A program made the position numbers and the translations under genes. Below, piece after piece: positions 1 to 9,555 of a stretch of DNA of 64,000 nt. The DNA lies in assembly GCA_044342325.1 (NCBI GenBank), contig JBIIPZ010000013.1, positions 164 to 64,163 on the forward strand, written 5' to 3'. Origin of the DNA: Terrimicrobiaceae bacterium (GTDB lineage: Bacteria; Verrucomicrobiota; Verrucomicrobiia; Chthoniobacterales; Terrimicrobiaceae). The notes beneath the pieces were generated by a model. The model saw only the letters and a program-made list of their open reading frames with translations. It was not told the origin of the DNA and made no database searches. Positions within the stretch are counted from its first letter, which is position 1, and each line of letters begins with the position of its first letter.

Positions 1-222
1 GAAGGCTTCGTTGAAATCACTCCCGAAAAGGTCGCCGTTCTCACCGACATGGCCGTGAAGGAAAGTGACATCGACGAATCCGCTGCCGAAGAGGCAATCC
101 GCCGCGCCGAGCAAGCTATGTCTGGCGAGAAACTCACCAACGAGGAATACGCAGCCAACAACGCTGCTCTTCTCCGCTCCTTGGCTCTCGTCAAAGTCAA
201 GCGTCGCCGCCACCATGTTTAA
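1..222 (+). CDS. atpC: ATP synthase F1 epsilon subunit, C-terminal part (5' end outside window)
   Basis: Open from base 1 in frame 1 to TAA at 220-222. The translation EGFVEITPEKVAVLTDMAVKESDIDESAAEEAIRRAEQAM...LVKVKRRRHHV looks like the helical C-terminal domain of epsilon subunits. Confidence 0.7.
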   Translation, partial: EGFVEITPEKVAVLTDMAVKESDIDESAAEEAIRRAEQAMSGEKLTNEEYAANNAALLRSLALVKVKRRRHHV

Positions 223-256
223 GTAGGTCGATCTATCCTCAGGGTTAATACCTGGT

Positions 257-284
257 TTGCATTTATTTTTTCGGACTCTATATT
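257..284 (+). promoter_or_regulatory. Candidate sigma70-type promoter for the secretion operon
   Basis: TTGCAT (257-262), a 16-nt spacer, then TATATT (279-284), in the AT-rich gap between atpC and the first pseudopilin gene. Pattern match only. Confidence 0.3.
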
Positions 285-355
285 ACTTTAAGCAAATCAA
301 GAAACTTTGGCGTGATAAGCACGCATAAAATCAAAGGCATTTGAGCTATAAATAT

Positions 356-787
356 ATGAATTCTCGTAAAAATCGAAAAAGCCGCTTCTCTCAATCAGGC
401 TACACGCTTTTTGAGATCATGTTGGTGCTCGGCATCATTGCCGTGCTGGTGGGATCGGCCATTTACATGTTGGTGGGAAATATCGATGTGGCCAAGGAGC
501 AACGCGTGGATAGCGATATAGAGGCCATTTCCATGCAACTCCGCACCTACGAAATGCTAAACTACCGCATGCCAACGACGGAACAAGGTCTCAAGGCACT
601 GGTTAACCAACCCACCACCGAACCTCGCCCCCGCCGTTGGAAACAACTCATGAAGACTGTCCCCATTGATCCTTGGGGCAATGAGTATGTATATCGCAAT
701 CCTGGCAAGGGGGGCGCAGCATTTGACATTTACTCGCTCGGACCCGATGGCAAGGAGAGCGATGATGACGCCGGAAAGAACAACTAA
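356..787 (+). CDS. gspG: Type II secretion major pseudopilin GspG
   Basis: Prepilin leader plus the G/YTLFEIMLVLGIIAVL N-terminal helix. Has the C-terminal DPWGNEYVYRNPG...FDIYSLGPDG motif typical of GspG. First ATG at 356, in frame with the track ORF 341..787. Confidence 0.85.
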   Translation: MNSRKNRKSRFSQSGYTLFEIMLVLGIIAVLVGSAIYMLVGNIDVAKEQRVDSDIEAISMQLRTYEMLNYRMPTTEQGLKALVNQPTTEPRPRRWKQLMKTVPIDPWGNEYVYRNPGKGGAAFDIYSLGPDGKESDDDAGKNN

Positions 788-1247
788 GCATATTTTCATA
801 AGAAGCTCAAAATGCGTTGGATATACGCTTTTTGAGATTCTTCTTGCTCTTGGAATTTTCGCCGTAGTTCTCGGGGTCACCATCCCCATGCTAATGAATT
901 CATTTGGCGCGACGGAATCTGAACAAATAACACAGAGCATCGAAAAACTTGCTCAAGAGACTCGCCGAAGTGCCGAAGAAAAGGGAGAAACCCTCCGCCT
1001 TCAAATACGAGAGACAGGAATTTACGCAGGAAAAGGGTTTACATCTTTCGATTTGCCTCGTGAGTGGAGGCTGAAAATAAAGCGTTTCACTGATAACCGC
1101 TTTCGCAAGCCAGAAAAACTTGAATTCTGGGAATTTAATAGCGCTGGAATCTGTGATCCAATTGAAATTCAACTGGTAAATCAAAATACTTCCTTTGTTT
1201 TGCAATTCGATCCGTTAACAGCCTTGATTGTTGAAAACAATGAGTAA
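762..1247 (+). CDS. Minor pseudopilin (GspH-like)
   Basis: GYTLFEILLALGIFAVVLG prepilin-type N-terminus. ATG at 762 overlaps the gspG 3' end. The position in the operon fits gspH, but the family assignment within minor pseudopilins is tentative. Confidence 0.6.
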   Translation: MMTPERTTKHIFIRSSKCVGYTLFEILLALGIFAVVLGVTIPMLMNSFGATESEQITQSIEKLAQETRRSAEEKGETLRLQIRETGIYAGKGFTSFDLPREWRLKIKRFTDNRFRKPEKLEFWEFNSAGICDPIEIQLVNQNTSFVLQFDPLTALIVENNE

Positions 1248-1611
1248 AAAAGGGTTTACTTTGTTTGAAGTGCTGATCGCCTTGGGTGTCTTTGCACTAG
1301 CAGTGACAGGATTAGCATTGACCCTTCAGGCGGCAGTTGATGCGGCACTAAATGCTAGAAGCAGGATGCTTGCCCGCACGATTATAGAATCAAGACTTGC
1401 GGCGGCAATGGCCGATCCCCCGATGAATGGCAAACGCGAAATCGACGCTCGCTCAAATAATGGAATAGCCGTGCTTGAGACATTTGAGCAGACCGAAATC
1501 CGCAATCCTGATGGAACAATTCTGCCGGGAATGTGGAAGCTAATCGTAACAGCTGGCCCGCTTCCTGCTGGAGGCAAGGAACGTGCTGAGATTCTGGTTT
1601 ATAAACCATGA
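1240..1611 (+). CDS. Minor pseudopilin (GspI-like)
   Basis: MSKKGFTLFEVLIALGVFALAV prepilin N-terminus. About 123 aa, the size typical of GspI. Its start overlaps the previous stop. Confidence 0.6.
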   Translation: MSKKGFTLFEVLIALGVFALAVTGLALTLQAAVDAALNARSRMLARTIIESRLAAAMADPPMNGKREIDARSNNGIAVLETFEQTEIRNPDGTILPGMWKLIVTAGPLPAGGKERAEILVYKP

Positions 1612-2300
1612 ATAGATTTATTGCTAAACGAAACCGCTCAGGGTTCACACTTTTTGAACTCATCATGGCTCTCATGATTCTCGGCTTGCTCAGCGGTGCA
1701 GTTTACTCGATTTCAACCGCTGCCTTGGAGACGACCAAAGCCGTTATTTCTGAGCAAGCTGGATCAAGACGTTTGGAGGCGTTTTTGAAAGTAACTCGAG
1801 ATGCATTTTCAAATCTGCCGGCGGATGGCAAAGTTTTTCTTCGGTTGGCCAAATCCTCGACGGGCTCACCCATTCCAGAACTGGTTTTTATGGAAACATC
1901 AGGGGCTTTTGGTGTTTCAAGTCTCGGTGGAGGCTCACTCATACTTGCTGCAAGACCTAGAGCGGATGGAACACGCACATTCTCTCTTCTTCGCCTCCCA
2001 CCAAACTCCCAGGGAATCGAGCTTGAGCGACTTCGCTCGCAGGGGGCCTGGGTTTCCCTGTTGCCCGGAGTCGAAAAGGTAAAATGGTTATTTTTTAAAG
2101 GAGGCGAATGGATTGACGAATGGCCCGAAGGCCCAGAGCGTCTGCAAATGGCCCGTCTGCAATTTGAATATGACAAAATGCCAGGCGCCTCCATTGATGT
2201 CATCTTTTGGATTCCCTCTCTTGTGCCTCCGCAGGCCCCCCCGAAGCAGAATGCACAACCCGTAAATCCGAAATCACCCGAGCCAAATGAAAAGCCGTAA
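1608..2300 (+). CDS. Minor pseudopilin (GspJ-like)
   Basis: SGFTLFELIMALMILGLLSGAV prepilin N-terminus, 230 aa. ATGA overlap with the upstream gene. Confidence 0.55.
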   Translation: MNRFIAKRNRSGFTLFELIMALMILGLLSGAVYSISTAALETTKAVISEQAGSRRLEAFLKVTRDAFSNLPADGKVFLRLAKSSTGSPIPELVFMETSGAFGVSSLGGGSLILAARPRADGTRTFSLLRLPPNSQGIELERLRSQGAWVSLLPGVEKVKWLFFKGGEWIDEWPEGPERLQMARLQFEYDKMPGASIDVIFWIPSLVPPQAPPKQNAQPVNPKSPEPNEKP

Positions 2301-3198
2301 AAGAATCCAGGGTGTCGCTCTTCCTTTAGTGCTTTGGTGTATAGCATTTTTAGCAGGATTAGTGATCCTTGCGGGTAGCATGGTTGAAGGCTGGATTCAA
2401 AGTGAGGCTCGAGCTGAAAAGCGATTTATTGCCAGACAAATGGCTCTTAATGGAGTCGCCTATGGGTTAAATCCGGCTGTAAATTTAGGGAACCCGCTTT
2501 TACAGAATGGAAGCAGAGACTCTGAAGGCTATGATGTCAAAATCACAAATGAGTCCTCCAGAATCAATCCGAACTACTGGATTCAACTTGGGAATCGTTC
2601 CTTATTTACACGCCTCTTTACTGACTGGGGAACGGAAATAACCGCCAGCGATGCCGCGATTGACTGCCTTACAGACTGGATAGACGCTGATGATTTTGTC
2701 CTCATGAAAGGTGCTGAGCGCAGGGAATACGAACTCGCGGGCCGCTCAGGGTATCCCGCCAATAGACCGCTGAAGCACATTCGTGAAATGGAAGCAATCC
2801 TGAATCTTTCATCATTATTATCCGCAAAGCAAGGCTGGCAGGATGACTTTACTATTTGGTATAGTGGAAAAATTAGCATCCAATATGCCAAAGAACCACT
2901 TCTCAAGGCCCTCGCCGAACTCACACCCAATCAGTGTCAAGCGCTCATCCAGATGCGATCAGGCCTTGATGGGGTTGACAACACGGCGGATGACCGAAAG
3001 TTGGAATCGATCGAGGCGGTGGCGGACTTACTTGGAGCTGGAGGCAAGCAGCGCGCGGCCCTGCTGGAGTTTTTCGACACCTCGGGAGATTTGCGCCGCA
3101 TCGAAAGCACTGGCTGGTGCGGAGGCGTATCACACAAGATTGTCGTTATCGCGCCGACAGGGTCGCCTGGACAAATTATGAGCTGGGAGGAGCGATGA
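2287..3198 (+). CDS. gspK: Type II secretion minor pseudopilin GspK-like
   Basis: N-terminal hydrophobic helix (ALPLVLWCIAFLAGLVILAG) and the GspK-like LTDWIDADDFV...GAERREY...YPANRPLKHIREM motif. Confidence 0.65.
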   Translation: MKSRKRIQGVALPLVLWCIAFLAGLVILAGSMVEGWIQSEARAEKRFIARQMALNGVAYGLNPAVNLGNPLLQNGSRDSEGYDVKITNESSRINPNYWIQLGNRSLFTRLFTDWGTEITASDAAIDCLTDWIDADDFVLMKGAERREYELAGRSGYPANRPLKHIREMEAILNLSSLLSAKQGWQDDFTIWYSGKISIQYAKEPLLKALAELTPNQCQALIQMRSGLDGVDNTADDRKLESIEAVADLLGAGGKQRAALLEFFDTSGDLRRIESTGWCGGVSHKIVVIAPTGSPGQIMSWEER

Positions 3199-4412
3199 AA
3201 CCACACACTCCCGATGCGGTGCTGAGGCCCGGCGCGGAAGGCTGGGAGCTTTGGAAATTCCCTCTCAAGGAATCGCCCTCACTGGATCAGGCGTTTTCAG
3301 AAAAGTCCCTGGATACTTTTGCAAATGTGGTGCTGGCTCTGCCTTCGCGCAGTGTTCTGTCCATGCCATTGTGGATAGCTTCGCAAGGCGATCCTTCGGA
3401 ATTGGCCGAACTGGAACTGACGAGCCGACATCTCCTTCGAAAGGACGCGCAGGTTTATACAGTTCCCGTCCTGGAAAAAGAAGGACGCACACTGGTTTTG
3501 GCCCTTGCAGCGACGGATGACGAAACACCGCACGCCTACCTCAAGAAGGCTAAGAATTTTGAGATTCCTGCGAGGCTTTTTGATCCCGCAGGTGCCGATG
3601 TTCTGGTTTGGCACGAACAAGGGGGGCTGTGCTTCGCCATTTACCGTGAAGAAAAATGCGTCTTTTTTGCTGCGACGGGGGATGCGAATCCCGGCCCAGC
3701 TTTTTGCGGGGCCATCTCACGCACGGCAATGAGACTGAAATCAGAAGGCGTCATCACCCGCATGCCTGCCAAGTTGCGCTTGATCGGAGATTTTTCGGAG
3801 TCGGATGCGGCGTCCGTTGGACACACGCTGCGTTTGGATTTTGAAATTGAAAAACAGCTTCCAGCCCCCGTTCTACCAACAATCTTGAGTGCTGCGGCGC
3901 CTCCGACGGCTCGCGAGGCATTACAGTCCCGCACGCGCTTGAAGCGTCTGGCTTCTTTTGCCACAGCGGGTCTAGCCATTTACGCAGGTGTCTTGTTTTT
4001 TGTTGCCATCGACCTCGGTTGGCAACGCTTCCAATTGCATAGGCTGCATACCGAGTTTAAGTCCATTGAACCGGCATCAACGAAAGCCCAGCACCTCGTG
4101 ACCGAGTGGAAACAATTTCGATCCGCCATCGATCCGCATACCTTCGCGATCGACCAATTGGCCGCTGTGGCCAGCGAAATCCCAGGCGAGCAGGTTCGAT
4201 TAACCCAATACAACTACGATAAGGGCCGACTCTCGATTGCCGGGGAGGCCACGGATGTCTCGCAGGCTTATGAATTTTTTGAGCGAGTGAAAAAAGCCCA
4301 ACTCTTACAGGATTACGACTGGACCTCCCGCCAACCGCAATTAGCGGGCCGCAACAAAGTGAGGTTTGAAATGGAAGGAGCACGACCCGATGCGAAAACT
4401 GGCGAAGAGTGA
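3195..4412 (+). CDS. GspL-like (PilM/PilN-like) inner-membrane assembly protein
   Basis: ATG at 3195 makes an ATGA overlap with gspK. About 260-aa cytoplasmic part, one TM segment (LASFATAGLAIYAGVLFFVAIDLGW) and a ~110-aa periplasmic part, which is the GspL architecture. No strong sequence motif recognised. Confidence 0.5.
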   Translation: MKPHTPDAVLRPGAEGWELWKFPLKESPSLDQAFSEKSLDTFANVVLALPSRSVLSMPLWIASQGDPSELAELELTSRHLLRKDAQVYTVPVLEKEGRTLVLALAATDDETPHAYLKKAKNFEIPARLFDPAGADVLVWHEQGGLCFAIYREEKCVFFAATGDANPGPAFCGAISRTAMRLKSEGVITRMPAKLRLIGDFSESDAASVGHTLRLDFEIEKQLPAPVLPTILSAAAPPTAREALQSRTRLKRLASFATAGLAIYAGVLFFVAIDLGWQRFQLHRLHTEFKSIEPASTKAQHLVTEWKQFRSAIDPHTFAIDQLAAVASEIPGEQVRLTQYNYDKGRLSIAGEATDVSQAYEFFERVKKAQLLQDYDWTSRQPQLAGRNKVRFEMEGARPDAKTGEE

Positions 4413-4944
4413 AACACGCTTGCTCCTGATCTTCAGTGCAGCCGTCTTTTTGGCGGTGAATCTTTTTGCCGTTCGAGCTTGGCTGAATCACCGATCGGGC
4501 GTTTTGGCCGCGATTTCGGAGACGCGTTCAGAACTCTCGTCATCCCGCTCTTGGATTACCGCAGCGGAGGCACTTGAACCAGCTCGCGACTGGATGCAAC
4601 AGCACCCCTCGCCTATCGAGAAACCGGATGCCGTTAATACCGGACTTCTCAACACTGTTCGAAATATGGCTGAAAAATCAGGCCTCAAGATCGCAGAGGA
4701 AACACTTCTCCCCGGAGAGGAGGCCGATGGAGCCCGCGCGGCAGTCCTTCAGACAAAAATCACAGGCCCCTTCTCAGGAGTGGCTACCTTTTTATTCGAT
4801 ATCCAGAATCCCACCTCCTGGCGCTCCGTGGAAAAAATGATGATCCGCAGTGACAACGAACCGCCCAATGTGGTTGTGGAAATGGAAATCCGCCAGTATT
4901 TCCGCTCCACGGATTCCAATCCTGCGCCAACTACCTCCGAATGA
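4390..4944 (+). CDS. GspM/PilO-like bitopic membrane protein
   Basis: Short N-terminus, one TM segment (TRLLLIFSAAVFLAVNLFAV), then a periplasmic domain. Operon position follows the GspL-like gene. Start chosen at the first ATG. Confidence 0.45.
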   Translation: MRKLAKSETRLLLIFSAAVFLAVNLFAVRAWLNHRSGVLAAISETRSELSSSRSWITAAEALEPARDWMQQHPSPIEKPDAVNTGLLNTVRNMAEKSGLKIAEETLLPGEEADGARAAVLQTKITGPFSGVATFLFDIQNPTSWRSVEKMMIRSDNEPPNVVVEMEIRQYFRSTDSNPAPTTSE

Positions 4945-5516
4945 GAATTCCGCTCGCCATCTCAATTTTACTGGCAACCACCGCTTTGATGCAAGGTGCG
5001 GACGATGCGCCTTGGATGGAGCAGCGTTCGATGGAAAAGTTTCAAGTCCTGCTGAACCGCTCGCCCTTTTCGCTACCCACAGCGGAGGAAAGCGCCCCGA
5101 TGGCCGACCGTTTTTTTCTGACAGGAGCGGCCACCATCAACAATGAAGCCGTAGTTTTCGTCTTGGATAAAAACACTCAGGTTCGCCACATGCTCTCCGT
5201 CAAGCCGGACGCCGCGAACAACCAACTCCTCGATTACAAACCGGATGCCGACCCGAAAAACATGAGCGCACGCATTCGAATCGAAGGCCAAGAAACAACC
5301 ATTCGCTATGCAGACCTCCCTGCAGAGGCTCAACCTGCGCCACAGATGCCAATGAACCCGCAATTGCCTCAGCAGCCCGGAGCTCCTCAGCAACCTCCGG
5401 GAGCTGCAGCCGTGCAACCAGCTAACACCAATGGAAATGAACCGCCACGACGCGTCATCCGTCGCCGAGTAATTTCTGGCCAACCACCAGCCGCCCAGCC
5501 CGTCCCTAATCAATGA
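4941..5516 (+). CDS. Secreted Pro/Gln-rich protein of unknown role in the secretion operon (possible GspC/PilP analogue)
   Basis: Signal peptide (MRIPLAISILLATTALMQGADD) and a C-terminal low-complexity tail (PQMPMNPQLPQQPGAPQQPPGAAAVQP). ATGA overlaps on both sides tie it into the operon. Confidence 0.55.
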   Translation: MRIPLAISILLATTALMQGADDAPWMEQRSMEKFQVLLNRSPFSLPTAEESAPMADRFFLTGAATINNEAVVFVLDKNTQVRHMLSVKPDAANNQLLDYKPDADPKNMSARIRIEGQETTIRYADLPAEAQPAPQMPMNPQLPQQPGAPQQPPGAAAVQPANTNGNEPPRRVIRRRVISGQPPAAQPVPNQ

Positions 5517-7858
5517 AAAACCACTTCATTCCTGTCATTCCCGCGCTCCTCCTCTGCGCGATGCCTCTTGGAGCCCAGACACCGCAAGTCCTGCCTCCGG
5601 GGACACCGGTCACCCCCACCCTGGCTCCACCGGCAGCGCCCCGCCCTGCCGAATCTGTAAGCATTACTTTCCCGCGCAACTCGGTGCTGGATGTCATTTC
5701 TTTTTACGAAACACTCACCGGCAAGCGCATCATCCGCGACTCGAACCTCGCCGGTCAGGAGCTCTCGATCATGGTCGCCAAACCGGTCAGCCGGGACGAC
5801 GCTATTGCGATTGTCGAGAGTTCCCTCTTGATGAACAACTACAGCATCGTGCCGGTTGACGATCAGACGATCAAAATCCTCGGCCCGAGTCGTGCTCCGC
5901 GCACGGAGGGTCTGCCCCTACTGAGCGAGATTCAATCCCTGCCAGCAGATGGCGACAAGGTGCTGAGCTTTTACAAGCCGCTTTCTTTCATTTCCCCAGA
6001 AGAAGCCATCGCTGTCGTGCAGGGCGTCGTGCAGATCAATGCCTACGGTTCTGTGGTTCCTGTTTCAAATACCAACGCCATCATCCTCACGGACAAAACC
6101 CCTGTCATCCGAAAGGCTCTCGGCATTCTTGATTTGATCGATGTCGAGCCGGCCCGTGTCGTCACAGAGTTCATCCAGCTTCAGCGCGCCAATGCAGAAC
6201 GCGTTGTTCAAGTCCTCGACGAAATGTTCGGGAAAGATGATCCCGCAAAATCCAAAGCATCCACCACTCAAGCCCAGACTCCCGCGAATCCGCAAAATCC
6301 CGAAACCCAGCAAGCCGCAGGAGGAGCCTCTGGCGCCCGCTACGAAAACCGCCTCATTTCTGGAAAAGCGAAATTCCTCGCCGACAAGCGCACCAACCGC
6401 ATCCTCGTCGTAACCCGCGTTGAGAATTACCGTTATGTTCGTGATGTGATCTCTCAACTCGATTCTGCCGGAAATTTCGAGCAACCGTTCACCAGAATCC
6501 TCAATTATGTTCCGGTTAACGACATCTTCCCCGTCCTTACCGATATGCTGAGCGACCCGGATTCCGAGAAGCAGGGCGGCACTGGACAGACCGGGCAAAG
6601 CGGATCAAACAATAATCCCCTGAATCAAAACTCGACCAACAACTCGAACGGTGGACTTGGCAACACTGGCGGCGATGGCATGAGTCGTCCTGACCGCCTG
6701 GGCGGCGAGTCTCAGCAAGGCGCCCCGCAATCTGCCACCATCGGAGAAATCCGACTGATTGCGGACAATAACTCCAACAGCATCATCATATTTGGACCAC
6801 CTGAGAGCAAAGCCCGCGCCAAGCAGATTCTGGACATCCTCGATCAACGTCCCAAGCAGGTCTACCTCGCCGTTGTAATCGGCCAACTGAGACTGAGCAA
6901 AGGCGTAGACTACGGAGTCAGCTACCTCATCAGAAATAAAGGATTCCAACCTCTCAACAATCTCCTCGGCAATAGCGACGCCAGCGGAATGGCAGCCACA
7001 TCGCTCAGCCCAAGTATACTGCCCGGAGGCACATTCCCAAATGCGGCGTCCATAGTTAATCCTTCCTCACTTACGCCGGCACTATCTTCCCTCGCGGGAC
7101 TGACCATTTACGGAAGCATCGCGGATTCGGTGGATGTCTTTGCCCGTTTCCTAGAAAGCACCGAGCGCTTCCGCACCCTCTCACGACCGGTCATTTACAC
7201 GACAAACAACCGCAAAGCCACCATCCTTTCAGGTCAAAAAGTGCCCGTGCCGACCCAATCGCTCACCACAGCCACCGGCGGCGGCATCAGCGGAAACGGC
7301 AGCGCGATTACTTCTAACATCCAATATCAGAATGTCGTGCTGAAGCTCGAGGTCATTCCGCTCATCAACTCCGACCGTGAGGTCAACCTGATCATTGCTC
7401 AAACAAACGACAATGTCATCGGCACTGATACTATTTCGGGCAACAAGGTCCCCATCATTGCCACACAAGAAATCACCACCAGCGTCCGTGTTCCCAATGG
7501 CGCAACAATTGTGCTCGGCGGATTGATTTCCGAAGACAAGGAACGCGGTGTGGAAGGCATGCCCTACATCTCCGATATCCCAGTGGTTGGATCACTCCTC
7601 GGCGGACGCACACAGTCCAAAGTCAGAAAAAATGAGCTCATTGTGATGATCCAGCCCTTTGTGGTGGACTCGAATCACGAAATGATGAAGGCGAGCGCCT
7701 ACGAGGGTGACCGCTCGCCGCTGGGCCGCGATGGACAAGCCATGACTGCTCCAATTGCCGAGCAGAAAACCCCTCCTGCCGTCTGGACTCCCACACCGCT
7801 GCCACCTGAGAAAAAGAAAAAGTTCCGCTGGCCTTGGACAAATGATCAATACAACTGA
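5513..7858 (+). CDS. gspD: Secretin (GspD/PilQ family)
   Basis: Signal peptide, N-domains, a Gly/Asn/Gln-rich linker, and a C-terminal secretin domain (VPNGATIVLGGLISED...GMPYISDIPVVGSLLGGR...ELIVMIQP). Confidence 0.9.
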   Translation: MKNHFIPVIPALLLCAMPLGAQTPQVLPPGTPVTPTLAPPAAPRPAESVSITFPRNSVLDVISFYETLTGKRIIRDSNLAGQELSIMVAKPVSRDDAIAIVESSLLMNNYSIVPVDDQTIKILGPSRAPRTEGLPLLSEIQSLPADGDKVLSFYKPLSFISPEEAIAVVQGVVQINAYGSVVPVSNTNAIILTDKTPVIRKALGILDLIDVEPARVVTEFIQLQRANAERVVQVLDEMFGKDDPAKSKASTTQAQTPANPQNPETQQAAGGASGARYENRLISGKAKFLADKRTNRILVVTRVENYRYVRDVISQLDSAGNFEQPFTRILNYVPVNDIFPVLTDMLSDPDSEKQGGTGQTGQSGSNNNPLNQNSTNNSNGGLGNTGGDGMSRPDRLGGESQQGAPQSATIGEIRLIADNNSNSIIIFGPPESKARAKQILDILDQRPKQVYLAVVIGQLRLSKGVDYGVSYLIRNKGFQPLNNLLGNSDASGMAATSLSPSILPGGTFPNAASIVNPSSLTPALSSLAGLTIYGSIADSVDVFARFLESTERFRTLSRPVIYTTNNRKATILSGQKVPVPTQSLTTATGGGISGNGSAITSNIQYQNVVLKLEVIPLINSDREVNLIIAQTNDNVIGTDTISGNKVPIIATQEITTSVRVPNGATIVLGGLISEDKERGVEGMPYISDIPVVGSLLGGRTQSKVRKNELIVMIQPFVVDSNHEMMKASAYEGDRSPLGRDGQAMTAPIAEQKTPPAVWTPTPLPPEKKKKFRWPWTNDQYN

Positions 7859-9548
7859 CGATCTCCTTCGCCTTGCGGAACTCGCGGGTTCCAATGAACC
7901 CGATAAGTGCCGCGATGTGCTCGACCGCGCCGCTTTTGCCCAGCGGTCTCCCATCGCAGCATTGCTCGATTCCAAGCTCGTTCAGGAATTGCCTTTCCTA
8001 AAAGCCCTCGCCTCTGAGCTGGGAATCCCTTGGCGCGAGGAGGAGGATGTCGCCCCAATCGAAAATGTGAGGGACAAATTCCCCGCCCGACTTGCGCTGG
8101 GCCAGATTGTTTTGCCCGAAGCAGCAGTTCCTGGCGGCGAGTTGAGCCTGTTGACTTTCGATCCCTTTGATTACGCGACATGGCAGGCCGTGACCCAGCA
8201 CTGGCGCGGTCCGGTCAGTCTCGTCATGACTTCGCGCAGCCGTCTTGTCGAGACGCTCAAGAAAACCTACGGCGTCGGTGCTGATACCTTTGAAGAACTT
8301 CTTGAGGGCCGTGAAGACGACCTACCTGGAGGAGCCAAGGAGGAGGTCAATGTAATCGACGAGGACGACTCCGAAGCCTCGGTGATGAAATTTGTGAACC
8401 AAATCCTGCGCGAGGGACTCCAGCAAGGTGCGACCGACATCCATTTCGAACCGCTCGGCCACGACCTCCGTATCCGCTACCGCATCGACGGCGTCCTACA
8501 GGAGGTTCCCGTCCCGCAGCGGATCAAGATGCTACAGGACTCCCTCATCTCCCGCCTAAAAATCATGTCGGGCCTCGACATCGCCGAGCGTAGGCGTCCG
8601 CAGGACGGGCGCATTGCACTCGAAATTGCAGGTGCGCCGATCGATGTGCGCGTAGCCACCATTCCGAGCGTGAACGGCGAGAGCGTAAGCCTGCGACTTC
8701 TCGGCCAGCAACAATTCGACTTCTCCAGCCTCGGACTAGACCCCGAAAATGAGAAACGCATCCGCAACCTCATATCTATCCCAAACGGCATCGTTCTCGT
8801 AACAGGCCCCACAGGCTCGGGAAAAAGCACCTCGCTCTACACTTTTTTGAGCGCCATCAACTCGATGGAGCGCCGCATCGTCACCATCGAAGACCCTGTC
8901 GAGCACAAGCTCAATGGCGTCATCCAGATCGCGGTAAAACCCGAGATCGACCTGACCTTCGCCACCGCCCTGCGAAGCATCCTTCGCGGCGATCCAAACA
9001 TCGTCATGGTGGGTGAAATGCGTGACCTTGAGACAACGGAAATCGCCATCCGCGCCGCACTCACAGGCCATCTGGTCTTCAGCACACTCCACACAAACGA
9101 TGCTGTGGGCGGCATCACCCGCCTCTTGGACATGGGCGTAGAGCCCTTCCTCGTAGGCTCCGCAGTCCGCGCTTTCATCGCACAGCGCCTCGTGCGCCGT
9201 CTTTGCAAATTCTGCTCCCAACCGGCCGATTATAAAGCCGAGGACCTAGCGGCTGTTGGCTTCCCGATGGAGTGGGCAAACAAAATCCGGCGACCTGTCG
9301 GTTGCCCACACTGCCGGAATACTGGTTTCTCAGGCCGCACCGCCCTCTTTGAAATCTGCCAGATGAGTCCGCGCATGCAGGAACTCATCCAACGCCGCGC
9401 CCCGGCAAACGAACTCCGCGAACTCGCCCTCCGCGAGGGCATGGTCCCACTTCGCAAGGCAGGCTGGGAAACCGTCTCCCACGGCGTCACCTCGGTGGAG
9501 GAAGTCGTTCGCGTGACATCCAGTGAACTGCAGGTATTAGACGAGTAG
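7842..9548 (+). CDS. gspE: Type II secretion ATPase GspE
   Basis: Walker A GPTGSGKST, Asp box, Walker B, His box, and a tetracysteine CKFC...CPHC motif. N-terminal T2SSE_N-like domain. ATG at 7842 overlaps the secretin 3' end by 17 nt. Confidence 0.92.
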   Translation: MINTTDDLLRLAELAGSNEPDKCRDVLDRAAFAQRSPIAALLDSKLVQELPFLKALASELGIPWREEEDVAPIENVRDKFPARLALGQIVLPEAAVPGGELSLLTFDPFDYATWQAVTQHWRGPVSLVMTSRSRLVETLKKTYGVGADTFEELLEGREDDLPGGAKEEVNVIDEDDSEASVMKFVNQILREGLQQGATDIHFEPLGHDLRIRYRIDGVLQEVPVPQRIKMLQDSLISRLKIMSGLDIAERRRPQDGRIALEIAGAPIDVRVATIPSVNGESVSLRLLGQQQFDFSSLGLDPENEKRIRNLISIPNGIVLVTGPTGSGKSTSLYTFLSAINSMERRIVTIEDPVEHKLNGVIQIAVKPEIDLTFATALRSILRGDPNIVMVGEMRDLETTEIAIRAALTGHLVFSTLHTNDAVGGITRLLDMGVEPFLVGSAVRAFIAQRLVRRLCKFCSQPADYKAEDLAAVGFPMEWANKIRRPVGCPHCRNTGFSGRTALFEICQMSPRMQELIQRRAPANELRELALREGMVPLRKAGWETVSHGVTSVEEVVRVTSSELQVLDE

Positions 9549-9555
9549 CAGGAAG

